Counted from the first letter of the stretch, positions 27,977 to 37,030 are shown. The stretch: DNA of 64,000 nucleotides from Thermoplasmata archaeon (GCA_023261755.1 JAGDXS010000019.1:653-64652), one strand, 5' to 3'. The notes: generated from the sequence alone by a model not told the origin. A program made the numbers and translations.

Positions 27977-28784
27977 ATAGGTTCTCCTTAAGCTCATAGG
28001 AATATTTTTCAAGCAATTCTTTGTTTTCATTTTCAAGCATTTTGAATCTTTTAGGCACTGTTGTTATGTCCATTACTGCACCTTTTTTCATTGGATCGTC
28101 CAAAAAATCAGTTTCCATAAAAAACCTGAAGCCCTTGTTTATAGCCTCCCTTATGTTATCCCTGCTTGATATAACAGAGGGAAATATACCATGGTTCTCT
28201 TCTTCAAGAATAAGAGGTGGGCTAAAATGCTTTATTACAAAATTTTTGTCAATCCCAGACTTTTCGGCCATGATGGATAATTCGTTGAAAACCTTTTCAT
28301 CAGCTGATTCTGTATGGAGCACAACTGGTATTTTTTCTTTACCTGCTCTTTTTAAAGCATAAGATAAAATTTCATTTGAAACAATCCAAATATTTTCATC
28401 TACCTGAAAATGCGGTCTTCCTATTTCACCAACAGCATTAGCCTTTCCATCTTGAACATATGTAATCGCCAATTCAATTGCATCTAGGAAAAGTTCCTTT
28501 GCATTTTCTAATCCAATAATTTCACTTGATTTTATCAAATCTACAGGATATGGTCCTACAGTAACAAGAACATTCAAGGATGTTTCTTTCCTTACGAGAT
28601 CAGCTATCCTTACAATTCTCTCATATTGGTCCATGAAGTATTTTAAATCTACTGGTTTGTAAATTCCCGGAATGTTACAGAGATTAATGATCCTTCCGCC
28701 TTCCTTTTCAAACCTTTTTGCAGCAAGTACATTTTCACCATTTTCCTGAAGGTGGACATGGTTGTCAAAAACAGGATATGGCAA
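27942..28784 (-). CDS. TatD-related metal-dependent hydrolase
   Basis: 280 aa; N-terminal FDNHVHL and internal VVLHTES motifs. Confidence 0.65.
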   Translation of the reverse strand: MPYPVFDNHVHLQENGENVLAAKRFEKEGGRIINLCNIPGIYKPVDLKYFMDQYERIVRIADLVRKETSLNVLVTVGPYPVDLIKSSEIIGLENAKELFLDAIELAITYVQDGKANAVGEIGRPHFQVDENIWIVSNEILSYALKRAGKEKIPVVLHTESADEKVFNELSIMAEKSGIDKNFVIKHFSPPLILEEENHGIFPSVISSRDNIREAINKGFRFFMETDFLDDPMKKGAVMDITTVPKRFKMLENENKELLEKYSYELKENLFKIYRLELKDF

Positions 28785-28785
28785 T

Positions 28786-29706
28786 TCAATCCCTCCAGTA
28801 AGGTTCCCTCAATTTTACTGCAAGTTCAAATTTTTCTTTCAATTTTTCCTCATTTCCTGATTTTAATTCATCAAGGACAGGAACCAAATTATCATTCCTG
28901 AATATACATGGTTTCAATTTACCATCGTATGTAAAGCGCATTCTAGTGCAATTCTTGCAAAATTCAGTATTATGCATAGGCTTTACAAGCTCAATCTCGT
29001 ATTTAGACCCATTATTTTTTATTAAAAATTTATCCCTATTGTGCAATGGGTTCTTCCTTATTTCAGGATTAAAAGATCTTAAATATTTTTCAACATCGTC
29101 AAGAGGAACATGATATTTGATGTACCAAGGTGTTTTTTCACCCTCCACGGGGACCTCAAGTTCAATTATTTGTAGAACCATCTTTGAATTTTTAACAAAT
29201 TCCATCATTTCATTTATTTGGTTATCATTCAAACCTCTCATTAAAACCATGTTTATTTTTATTGGATTGAGTGGTGTTTTCAAGGATTCTTGAATCCCAT
29301 CCAAAACTCTAGGAAGAAAATCCATACCAGTAATTTTTTTGTATGTTTCTCTATCAAGAGTATGAAGGCTTATGTTGATTCTGTTTAATCCTGCATCATA
29401 AAGAGACCAGACCCTTGATTTTAAATATGTGCCATTAGTCGTTAAGCTGATATCATTAAAATATTTCTTAGATATCTTTATTATATCTTCTAGGTCTCCT
29501 CTTTCCAGTGGTTCTCCACCTGTAAACTTTATTTTTTTTATTCCCAAAGAGCTTACAACTTTAAACAGCGTTTCAAAATCTTCAGGAATTAAAATATCCT
29601 TTTCTCCCTTTATGCCTTCCCTGTGGCAGTAGAAGCAATTTAAGTTACATTCTTTTGTGACCGAAACCCTAATGCTGTTAACGGGCCTGCCGTATGAATC
29701 TATCAC
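28786..29706 (-). CDS. moaA: GTP 3',8-cyclase (molybdenum cofactor biosynthesis protein A)
   Basis: 306 aa; radical SAM CNLNCFYCH; C-terminal second cluster CKNCTRMRFTYDGKLKPC. Confidence 0.9.
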   Translation of the reverse strand: MIDSYGRPVNSIRVSVTKECNLNCFYCHREGIKGEKDILIPEDFETLFKVVSSLGIKKIKFTGGEPLERGDLEDIIKISKKYFNDISLTTNGTYLKSRVWSLYDAGLNRINISLHTLDRETYKKITGMDFLPRVLDGIQESLKTPLNPIKINMVLMRGLNDNQINEMMEFVKNSKMVLQIIELEVPVEGEKTPWYIKYHVPLDDVEKYLRSFNPEIRKNPLHNRDKFLIKNNGSKYEIELVKPMHNTEFCKNCTRMRFTYDGKLKPCIFRNDNLVPVLDELKSGNEEKLKEKFELAVKLREPYWRD

Positions 29707-29741
29707 TGCATATTGATTAAGACATCTTTTATAAATAATTT

Positions 29742-29957
29742 TTGTTGTTAGATATTGTTTTAATTAATTTTAACAAATTTTTTTACTTATTTATTTTAAG
29801 CTATCTATTTTGGATTTTATGTTTAAAAAAATCCATTAAAATCATAGCAAAGATTAATCAAGGAGATGAGAAATACGGGAAAAGATTGAAAGCGATAGAA
29901 GAAATTAATTCATTATTAAAGAAAAAATTTGGTGGCAAAATTACCAAAGATTATTGA
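29742..29957 (+). CDS. hypothetical small membrane protein (doubtful)
   Basis: 71-aa ORF with a TTG start, one hydrophobic helix (FFYLFILSYLFWILCL) and a Lys-rich tail. It is the only ORF in a 469-bp AT-rich spacer. Confidence 0.2.
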   Translation: MLLDIVLINFNKFFYLFILSYLFWILCLKKSIKIIAKINQGDEKYGKRLKAIEEINSLLKKKFGGKITKDY

Positions 29958-30175
29958 TATACGATAAAATAAAATTACGCTTGGTGAATCTATATGGAAT
30001 AACAACAAAGTTTGAAAAAATTCTAAAAATTAAGAAATTATAATTTATTAATAAATATATATCATTGCTCAACATATTCTAATTGGCCATATAGCTTTTA
30101 AAAAAGATGATATATGAGATAGATTATTTTATCAATTTTTTTAAAATAATATAAAATTAATTTAATGGAATGAAT

Positions 30176-30718
30176 TTAAAAATTGTCTAGATTTTTCTGA
30201 TTTCCTGTTTTTTCAGAAAAATCTCCAAAGAATGAAGGATCTAGGACTTCAAAGCCCTGACTTTTAAATGCATCGTCAAACCTGTGATCAGGGGTTACAA
30301 GAAAAACAAACATTGAATAATCATTTTTTAATGTTATCCCAAGCTTTCTCTTCACTTCATGGTAGTTTGAAGATCCAATGCAATCCTTGTATATTTGAAG
30401 CTGCCTTAGAGTTTCACCAAAGCTCTTTATGTGGCTTTTAATCTCAATCGCTATTTTTATCAGTAATTCTCTTTCAAGTTTAGGTATCGCAGTTTCTACA
30501 TTCAAAGTCAAAGATAAAACAGCATCGGGGAAAGCAATTCTGCATATTCTAGGCTCGCCAGTTATTTTCATGCTTTTTATCTCAGCCTTAAGAGATCCAC
30601 TTAAAAAATATTTCAAAAAAAATTTGGATAATTTTTCGTAATTTCCTAGGACAAGAATATTAATTTTATCATGAATTTCGTTAAAATCATCTTCATCGCT
30701 GTATCTTATTCCCTTCAT
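30176..30718 (-). CDS. hypothetical protein with PD-(D/E)xK / RecB-like nuclease motifs
   Basis: 180 aa from ATG 30718. AFPDAVLSL (PD), then IAIEIKS (ExK) about 27 residues later, then LRQLQIY (QxxxY). Starts 5 nt after the ilvE stop. Confidence 0.5.
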   Translation of the reverse strand: MKGIRYSDEDDFNEIHDKINILVLGNYEKLSKFFLKYFLSGSLKAEIKSMKITGEPRICRIAFPDAVLSLTLNVETAIPKLERELLIKIAIEIKSHIKSFGETLRQLQIYKDCIGSSNYHEVKRKLGITLKNDYSMFVFLVTPDHRFDDAFKSQGFEVLDPSFFGDFSEKTGNQKNLDNF

Positions 30719-30723
30719 ATTGA

Positions 30724-31626
30724 TCAAATGTATGTAAGCCAGTTATTGTGGGATTTCTCTTTTCCATGAACAATATCCATATACCTATTTTTAATTGCAA
30801 CTGTAATTTTTCCAGGGTTTCCATCTCCTATTCTTATGCCATCTATATTAACTATTGGCGTTATTTCTGCAGCTGTTCCGGAGAAAAATACTTCATTGCT
30901 CACATAAAGCTCTTCCTTGTGTATGTCCCTTTCAATGACATTATATCCTAGATCCCTTGAAATATTCATTACCGTATCCCTAGTAATACCTTCAAGAATA
31001 TCAGAACTTAGTCCGGGTGAAATTACATTGTTACCTTTAACTATGAATATATTCTCTCCAGGTCCTTCTGCAACAGAACCATTATCTGTTAAAAGTATTG
31101 CTTCATCATATCCTGAATACCTTGCCTCTAGATGTGCAATTATAGAATTCAAATAATTTCCACTTGCCTTTGCGCTAACAGGTAGTATATTAGAATTAAT
31201 CCTTTTCCATGAGGATATTTTGCATTTAACTCCGTTCAACTCTGTTAGATATTCTTTGAATGGAACAGCAGCAATGAATACGCTTATTTTCTTTTTAAAA
31301 GGTGAAAGGCCTATGGTATCATCGTTATAGAATGCAAATGGCCTTATGTAACAGTTACTAAGATTATTCTTTTTTACAACTTCTATTATTGCATTTTTTA
31401 TTTCATCCTTCGTGTATTTCAAATCCATGTAATAAATCTTAGCTGACCTGAAAAATCTGTTTATGTGATCATCCAACCTGAATATGGCAGTTCCCTTATC
31501 CGTTTCGTATGCCCTAATGCCTTCAAAAATTCCTGAGCCATATTGCAAAGAATGTGTAAGAATTGGAACTTTTGCATCGTTGTACTGGATTAATTCACCA
31601 TCAAGCCATACTTTGAGGTCTTTCAT
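30724..31626 (-). CDS. ilvE: branched-chain amino acid aminotransferase
   Basis: Fold-type IV PLP enzyme: EGIRAYE, PLP-Lys context SAKASGNYLNS, GITRD. Start taken at MKDLKVWLDG (31626); the ORF track extends to 31665. Confidence 0.9.
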   Translation of the reverse strand: MKDLKVWLDGELIQYNDAKVPILTHSLQYGSGIFEGIRAYETDKGTAIFRLDDHINRFFRSAKIYYMDLKYTKDEIKNAIIEVVKKNNLSNCYIRPFAFYNDDTIGLSPFKKKISVFIAAVPFKEYLTELNGVKCKISSWKRINSNILPVSAKASGNYLNSIIAHLEARYSGYDEAILLTDNGSVAEGPGENIFIVKGNNVISPGLSSDILEGITRDTVMNISRDLGYNVIERDIHKEELYVSNEVFFSGTAAEITPIVNIDGIRIGDGNPGKITVAIKNRYMDIVHGKEKSHNNWLTYI

Positions 31627-31694
31627 GATTATTAGATAAATGAAATCGTTTAAAATATTTTTCATGCATTAGTTAAAATATTTTTTAATTTGAA

Positions 31695-32576
31695 TTAATC
31701 CATGAATGTCTCAACTATATTCGCTATCTCTTTTATTGCTTTTGATGCTTCTGATTCTGGTGAAAATTCTATTAGTGTTTTCCTTTGTACCATGGATTTC
31801 GCAACATTTTTGTCGTATGGTATTCTTCCTATTATTTCAAGATCATTTTGCCTTGCAAAATCGTCTATTTCATGAAAATTTTCATTTAAATTATATTTGT
31901 TTACAACAATATATGATTTAATTCTGAAATGTTCAGCAAGGTAAAATGCTCTTTTAAGATCGCTTAAGCTCGATTTAGTTGGCTCTGCAATTAATATTGC
32001 ATGTGAGGCCCCACTCATTGAAGCTATCACCTGGCACCCTATACCTGCTGCGGAATCTACTATTATATTTTTAACCAAACCATCTTTTAGCCATGATCTA
32101 GCTATATTTTTTTCCTCAGTTACAAGCTTACCTGAATTTGGTTGACCGACATCGAGTTCAGAGCTTACAAAAGGACCATATTTTGTTTTACCAATCTTTA
32201 TCCATCCAGAAAGATTATTCTTTTTTATGGAAATAACCTGCCTTGGGCATATTACCTTGCATGCTCCGCAACCTTCGCATAAAAATTCTTTGATTTTTGG
32301 GAAATTATTTTCTTTTGATATTGCTTCATATGTGCATACTTCCTGGCATAGGAAACATTGAATGCATCCTGAATAGTCAATTTTAGCTATGCTCTTTTCC
32401 CTGTATTCTATCTCCTTTTCCCAGGAATTAACATTGAATATTAGATGCAGATTGGGAGCTTCTGCATCTGCATCTACAATTGCAATTTTCTTCTCAGACA
32501 GAAGAACTGATAATGATGATGATAAAGTACTTTTACCAACTCCACCCTTTCCGCTTGCTATTACTATTTCTGCCAT
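31695..32576 (-). CDS. MinD/ParA-type P-loop ATPase with inserted 2x[4Fe-4S] ferredoxin domain
   Basis: 293 aa; deviant Walker A SGKGGVGKST; CIQCFLCQEVC and CEGCGACKVICP. Confidence 0.85.
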   Translation of the reverse strand: MAEIVIASGKGGVGKSTLSSSLSVLLSEKKIAIVDADAEAPNLHLIFNVNSWEKEIEYREKSIAKIDYSGCIQCFLCQEVCTYEAISKENNFPKIKEFLCEGCGACKVICPRQVISIKKNNLSGWIKIGKTKYGPFVSSELDVGQPNSGKLVTEEKNIARSWLKDGLVKNIIVDSAAGIGCQVIASMSGASHAILIAEPTKSSLSDLKRAFYLAEHFRIKSYIVVNKYNLNENFHEIDDFARQNDLEIIGRIPYDKNVAKSMVQRKTLIEFSPESEASKAIKEIANIVETFMD

Positions 32577-33415
32577 AGAAGATCCATCACCCTTTCATAA
32601 ACATTATAAAATTCTTTTGCTGCATTGCTTTCAGGATATAAATCTACCACAGGGATGCCCTTTATATAGCTATCTACAACTTCATCGCTAAAAGGTATTT
32701 TTCCGATTATATCATAATCAATGTCAATATTTTCTGAAGTGAGATCAAATCTATTTATTATTACATAGCCTTTAATATTAAGCTTTTTAAGAAGATTCAT
32801 GATCATATTAAGATCGTGAATGCCAAGTGGTGTTGGCTCGGTAACCACAAGGGCAAATTTTGAATTTTCAAGTGCTGCTGCCACATGGTTTCCTGTTCCG
32901 GCAGACGTATCATAAATTTTTAGATCATCATTTAAAGAATCTGCAATACTTCTTGCTTGTATTACAAGAGGATATGATCTTTCCTCGCCTTCCTTTAGCA
33001 TGCCTGTTATCAATGTCAGATTATCATTTATATTTGTTTTATAAATACTTCCTATTATTTTTTTATCATCTTCTATGGCATTTGAAGGGCAAACTAGCTG
33101 GCAAGTTCTACATCCTGAGCATAGTGTAGGCATCAGAAATGGATAACCTTCTTTAAACATGACGATGGCGCTTTCAGAGCAATTTTGCCTGCATAAATCG
33201 CATTTTGTGCATTTTGAATAAACAAATTTTGGCCTGAAAATAAAACTTTTTTTCTCATTTTTTAAATTACTTGAAAGAAGAATATGATCATTTGGGCACT
33301 CAACATCCGCATCCACAAGCGTTACCTTGAATTTTTTTGAAAATAATGTGGCAAGGTTAATTGCAACTGTACTTTTACCTGTACCACCCTTGCCACCTGT
33401 AACTGCAATTTTCAT
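32564..33415 (-). CDS. MinD/ParA-type P-loop ATPase with inserted 2x[4Fe-4S] ferredoxin domain
   Basis: 283 aa; GGKGGTGKST; CTKCDLCRQNC and CSGCRTCQLVCP. Overlaps the downstream paralog by 13 nt. Confidence 0.85.
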   Translation of the reverse strand: MKIAVTGGKGGTGKSTVAINLATLFSKKFKVTLVDADVECPNDHILLSSNLKNEKKSFIFRPKFVYSKCTKCDLCRQNCSESAIVMFKEGYPFLMPTLCSGCRTCQLVCPSNAIEDDKKIIGSIYKTNINDNLTLITGMLKEGEERSYPLVIQARSIADSLNDDLKIYDTSAGTGNHVAAALENSKFALVVTEPTPLGIHDLNMIMNLLKKLNIKGYVIINRFDLTSENIDIDYDIIGKIPFSDEVVDSYIKGIPVVDLYPESNAAKEFYNVYERVMDLLWQK

Positions 33416-33424
33416 AAGATTGAA

Positions 33425-33841
33425 TCACCAGGGACCGCCTCTTCCTCTACCCATACCTCTTCCCCTTCCCATTCCATGACCACCTGGACCACCCATACCT
33501 GTGGAAGGTTGTAATTTACCAGATAAATATGCATTTATTGCCTCCTCCACAATCATGGGTGGGCATTCGCGCATATCGATTCTTCCCATTGAAAGTACCT
33601 GGAATGAGTTAGGACCTATTGCACCTGCAATAAGAACATTGCATCCTGAATTTATAACTGCCTGAGCGGCCTGAATGCCCGCTCCACTTCCTGCCATGTA
33701 CCCAGGATTTTGTATAACCTGGACATTTTTGATGGACCCATTTTCATAATCCACTAAAGTGAAAGTTGGACATCTGCCAAAATTAGCACTAACATAATCC
33801 TTCAAACCACCAGGTCCAGAAGTGGCTAAACATATCTTCAT
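33425..33841 (-). CDS. NifX/NifB-C-terminal-like (dinitrogenase FeMo-cofactor-binding fold) protein with Gly-Arg tail
   Basis: 138 aa; NFGRCPTFTLVDYENG...NVLIAGAIGPN; tail GMGGPGGHGMGRGRGMGRGRGGPW. Confidence 0.8.
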   Translation of the reverse strand: MKICLATSGPGGLKDYVSANFGRCPTFTLVDYENGSIKNVQVIQNPGYMAGSGAGIQAAQAVINSGCNVLIAGAIGPNSFQVLSMGRIDMRECPPMIVEEAINAYLSGKLQPSTGMGGPGGHGMGRGRGMGRGRGGPW

Positions 33842-33975
33842 ATAAAAATCACCATTGACGGAAATACAAAAAGATAAATAAATTTTGTTAAGATTTTAGT
33901 ATAATTAAAACGCTTCTTCGAGCGAAATTTATAATTTTATTAGAAAAATTTTAAATAAAAAAATCAATTACATTC

Positions 33976-33986
33976 AGGTGGAGGAG
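33976..33986 (+). promoter_or_regulatory. strong Shine-Dalgarno AGGTGGAGGAG for the first cassette gene
   Basis: Lies 5 nt upstream of ATG 33992. Confidence 0.55.
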
Positions 33987-33991
33987 ATAAC

Positions 33992-34540
33992 ATGGGTGAT
34001 TGGTCATTAGAAAATTTAGAGAATCTAAAAGAGGAGCCTGAAAGAAAGTATGTAGAAACAAGAACTTTATTAATTTTAGCTGTGACAGGAATATTTCTAG
34101 GGGTATCTTTAATTACACCATTTGCCCATGGAGACAATATTTCGTATGATAATATTTCAGATGCAAAGGTGACAGTATATAATTTATATGGGATAATAGT
34201 TGGAACAATAGATGGAAAATGGACTTTTGCAGTGGATACGTCCAACAATCAGTTTTATTTAAATAATCAGAATACTTTCTTCTATACCCATCATTCGAGT
34301 GCATGGTTATGGAGCTCTGATATTAATAACCTATACGTCTCTACCACAAATAATGAGCTGTATGCTACTTATATTTGGTCGGTTTCCTCTGCGTTGAGTA
34401 GTATTTCAGGTTCCACAATTAATCAGGTCAGTCTAAATCCTGGAAATGTAGTCAATATTTACATAGAGCAGTATGGTCAAGTGCAATATAATAATGATTT
34501 ACTATTACCTGTTGATGTATCTTTAGATCTAGATATTTGA
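33992..34540 (+). CDS. hypothetical N-terminally anchored surface protein
   Basis: 182 aa; charged N-terminus, one TM (TLLILAVTGIFLGVSLI), then an Asn/Ser/Thr/Tyr-rich domain with NIS sequons. No family recognised. Confidence 0.6.
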   Translation: MGDWSLENLENLKEEPERKYVETRTLLILAVTGIFLGVSLITPFAHGDNISYDNISDAKVTVYNLYGIIVGTIDGKWTFAVDTSNNQFYLNNQNTFFYTHHSSAWLWSSDINNLYVSTTNNELYATYIWSVSSALSSISGSTINQVSLNPGNVVNIYIEQYGQVQYNNDLLLPVDVSLDLDI

Positions 34541-34582
34541 AAAATTTTTTGAATTTTTCATTATTTTTTTTTGGTGGTATAA

Positions 34583-35428
34583 ATGAAAAAACAAACATAT
34601 AAAAACAAGAAAAATAGTATGAATAAAATTATAAATAATTTACTCGTTATAATATTAATAGGCTTTGGGGCCGGCATTGGATTTTTGCCTATGATGGAAT
34701 ATTATAGCGGGCCATACCATGCTGAAACTTATTATAATAGTATACGTGCCGGTTCAGGATTCACATTCGTAGGAACGGTAGGTGGTTATAATAATTCTAG
34801 CAGATCTGGATTTACCTATGGCTTTTTAATCAATGTCACATTTTTAAACACCAATGAAGCACAGGTTTACATTACTGTATTTCAACTCCCTGAAAATGCC
34901 GGTTATTTTAATATTTTTCTTTTGCCAAAAAATCCTTTTTATCCAGAACCTATCAAAATAGATCAGTTTAATTACAAAACTAGCATTTCTTCATCTCCTT
35001 TACTTAAACTACTTTTCCTAAGCACTTATAGCAGTGATACATTAATTGGAAACATAACGTTAAATAGGACAAATTTCAATATGCAACCTTATCCTAACTT
35101 TGGAATGCCCAACCTTAATTATATTGTTGTTAATGGCATTAATACGCCTTTTTTTTACATCTTATATGAGAATTTTAGGGTTCTGGGTTATTTAGCTGAA
35201 ATGCCACATTTAATAAATTTCTTACCTTTAATTAAAGATATCTATCCTGGAGCTAATTATTCTAAATTGAACTGTCAGATTTTTACTATTCAATTTGGCT
35301 CAAGCAATACTGCACCACCACAAAATTGGGCTGCATTCTATATGTGGGGATTTGGGATGGCATTTCCATTGGACATTATAATTATAGCAGCTGGAATAAT
35401 TCTATATGTTATGAGATTCAGAAGGTGA
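34583..35428 (+). CDS. hypothetical surface protein with N- and C-terminal TM anchors
   Basis: 281 aa; LLVIILIGFGAGIGFL... and ...DIIIIAAGIILYVMRFRR; sequons NNS, NVT, NIT, NRT, NYS. GGTGG (34573-34577) lies upstream of the ATG. Confidence 0.6.
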   Translation: MKKQTYKNKKNSMNKIINNLLVIILIGFGAGIGFLPMMEYYSGPYHAETYYNSIRAGSGFTFVGTVGGYNNSSRSGFTYGFLINVTFLNTNEAQVYITVFQLPENAGYFNIFLLPKNPFYPEPIKIDQFNYKTSISSSPLLKLLFLSTYSSDTLIGNITLNRTNFNMQPYPNFGMPNLNYIVVNGINTPFFYILYENFRVLGYLAEMPHLINFLPLIKDIYPGANYSKLNCQIFTIQFGSSNTAPPQNWAAFYMWGFGMAFPLDIIIIAAGIILYVMRFRR

Positions 35429-35432
35429 ACTG

Positions 35433-36260
35433 ATGAAACTTATTTTTGAACATTTATTTAAATATTTGAATAATAACCTAATCCTGAAAGACATAGATTT
35501 TTCATTAGAATCAAGAAAGCTAGCAATTATAGGGCACAATGGAAGTGGTAAAACTACACTTTTATCTTTAATTGCGGGTCTATTAAAACCTGATGAAGGA
35601 TATGTAAGTATTGACGGAATAGAACCATTTTTCGAAAGGGAAAAAATTGTAAAACACTTATCTTTTATATTTGAAAAAGGTAATTATTCTTATAATATGA
35701 GTGTAGGTAATTATGTTAAAATTCTTAAAAAAATAAGAGATGAAAAATATGTTAATGATATAGCAGATATTTTAGAATTATCAAAATTTGAGAATGCAAA
35801 TATGAAGGAATTATCAACAGGCCAAGCTCAGCTGGTTTATCTTTTATCAGTCCTTACTTCCAATAAAAAAATCATAATTTTGGATGAACCCTTTAGCCAT
35901 CTTGACCCTGGTAGGTATATAAAAATAACTAAATTTATTCAGAATATGGAAAAAGACTTCATATTAGCTACCCAGAGTTTTAATGAGGCGGAGGAATTAT
36001 GCGATGAATATATAGTACTAAAAGAAGGAGAAATATTATGGAAAGGATCAAAAAAAGATTTATACAAGAATAATTTATTTGAAATTTACTTAAATGAAAA
36101 TAATATTCCAGGCCTAAATGTCATATCAGATATGGGGAAAGTTTTAATTGCAGAGGCTAGAATTGATTATTTAGTAAAATTGTTAGAAGATGGAAAAATA
36201 TTAGGTTTTAAAAGAGCGGGTTTAAGGAGGATATATGGCGAAATTAACTTATTCAACTGA
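35433..36260 (+). CDS. ABC transporter ATP-binding protein (degenerate signature)
   Basis: 275 aa; Walker A GHNGSGKTT, signature LSTGQ (instead of LSGGQ), Walker B IIILDEPFSHLD. AGGTGA (35423-35428) overlaps the upstream stop. Confidence 0.85.
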   Translation: MKLIFEHLFKYLNNNLILKDIDFSLESRKLAIIGHNGSGKTTLLSLIAGLLKPDEGYVSIDGIEPFFEREKIVKHLSFIFEKGNYSYNMSVGNYVKILKKIRDEKYVNDIADILELSKFENANMKELSTGQAQLVYLLSVLTSNKKIIILDEPFSHLDPGRYIKITKFIQNMEKDFILATQSFNEAEELCDEYIVLKEGEILWKGSKKDLYKNNLFEIYLNENNIPGLNVISDMGKVLIAEARIDYLVKLLEDGKILGFKRAGLRRIYGEINLFN

Positions 36261-36924
36261 ATGGTATCTTAAAACAATAATCATCCATCCTGTTTATGAA
36301 ATAATTTTAGTATTTTCTATTTTAATCGAACTATTATTATTAGATTTAAAATATTTTAATGATTTTTTAATATTAATGATTATTTTTCTTCTTCCTTTAT
36401 TTCAAACATTGGTTGGGACGGGTATTTTTAGGGATATGCATTTGAAAGTTTTTGAAATTAGCCTTATGGAAGGATATTTCAATATAACATTTTCAAAGTC
36501 AGTTGCTCTATTAATTTCATATATTCCATTCTTTATTGCAGAATTATTGATAATGGTAATATTTCATATCACCTCTTTTTTTGTTCCTTTGGTTCTCAGT
36601 TCTCTTTTAGCTATTGTAATCTCTTTACTTCTTTCTATTTCATCCAATGCCTCTTTTTCATTTACAGCTCTGGCAATATTTATGTTTATATTTCCAATAG
36701 GTGTTCAAATATATATTCAAAATTTGGCTCAATTAAATCAACAACCTGATTTAATTACATCATCCATTTCCTATATCCTTAGTCCTTTAGTGGCATACCA
36801 ATATTGGAAATTAAGATTTATAGAGCTTAGCCCATTTTATGGATTTTTGTTAGATGTTATTTTTATTATAATCCTTTACGTACTATATTTATTAATTTCT
36901 ATGAGGCATCAAATCAAACCCTAG
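36235..36924 (+). CDS. polytopic membrane protein (presumed transporter partner)
   Basis: 229 aa, 5-6 TM. AAGGAGG (36224-36230) lies 4 nt upstream of the ATG. 26-nt overlap with the ATPase gene. Confidence 0.6.
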   Translation: MAKLTYSTEWYLKTIIIHPVYEIILVFSILIELLLLDLKYFNDFLILMIIFLLPLFQTLVGTGIFRDMHLKVFEISLMEGYFNITFSKSVALLISYIPFFIAELLIMVIFHITSFFVPLVLSSLLAIVISLLLSISSNASFSFTALAIFMFIFPIGVQIYIQNLAQLNQQPDLITSSISYILSPLVAYQYWKLRFIELSPFYGFLLDVIFIIILYVLYLLISMRHQIKP

Positions 36925-37012
36925 TATTTTGTAAATTTACCAATTTTCTTTATTTTTATAATTATAAATTAATTATAAGCTTAATGCATTAAAATATTAG
37001 ATAATCGCACTT

Positions 37013-37029
37013 AAAAAAAAATAAAAAAA
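37013..37029 (-). terminator. oligo-T tract after the DUF5320-like gene
   Basis: The plus strand reads aaaaaaaaataaaaaaa, i.e. T7-A-T9 on the minus strand directly after the stop at 37031. Archaeal termination typically uses oligo-T. Confidence 0.4.
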
Positions 37030-37030
37030 T

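Noticed and set aside
33425-33841. Reading the NifX-like gene as evidence of nitrogen fixation
   Set aside because: No nifHDK/nifEN/nifB radical SAM genes are present. The domain is widespread outside diazotrophs in the MinD-ferredoxin context.
33964-34248. 94-aa minus-strand ORF across the divergent promoter and the start of the first cassette gene
   Set aside because: It is antisense to an SD-preceded ORF and would leave no promoter space. No recognisable features.
33992-35428. The two cassette surface proteins as type IV pilin-like substrates of the nearby A24 peptidase (37395-38084)
   Set aside because: Neither N-terminus has the class III signal-peptide arrangement (a basic residue, then Gly/Ala/Ser at -1, directly before the hydrophobic stretch). 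The peptidase gene is separated from them by another gene on the other strand.
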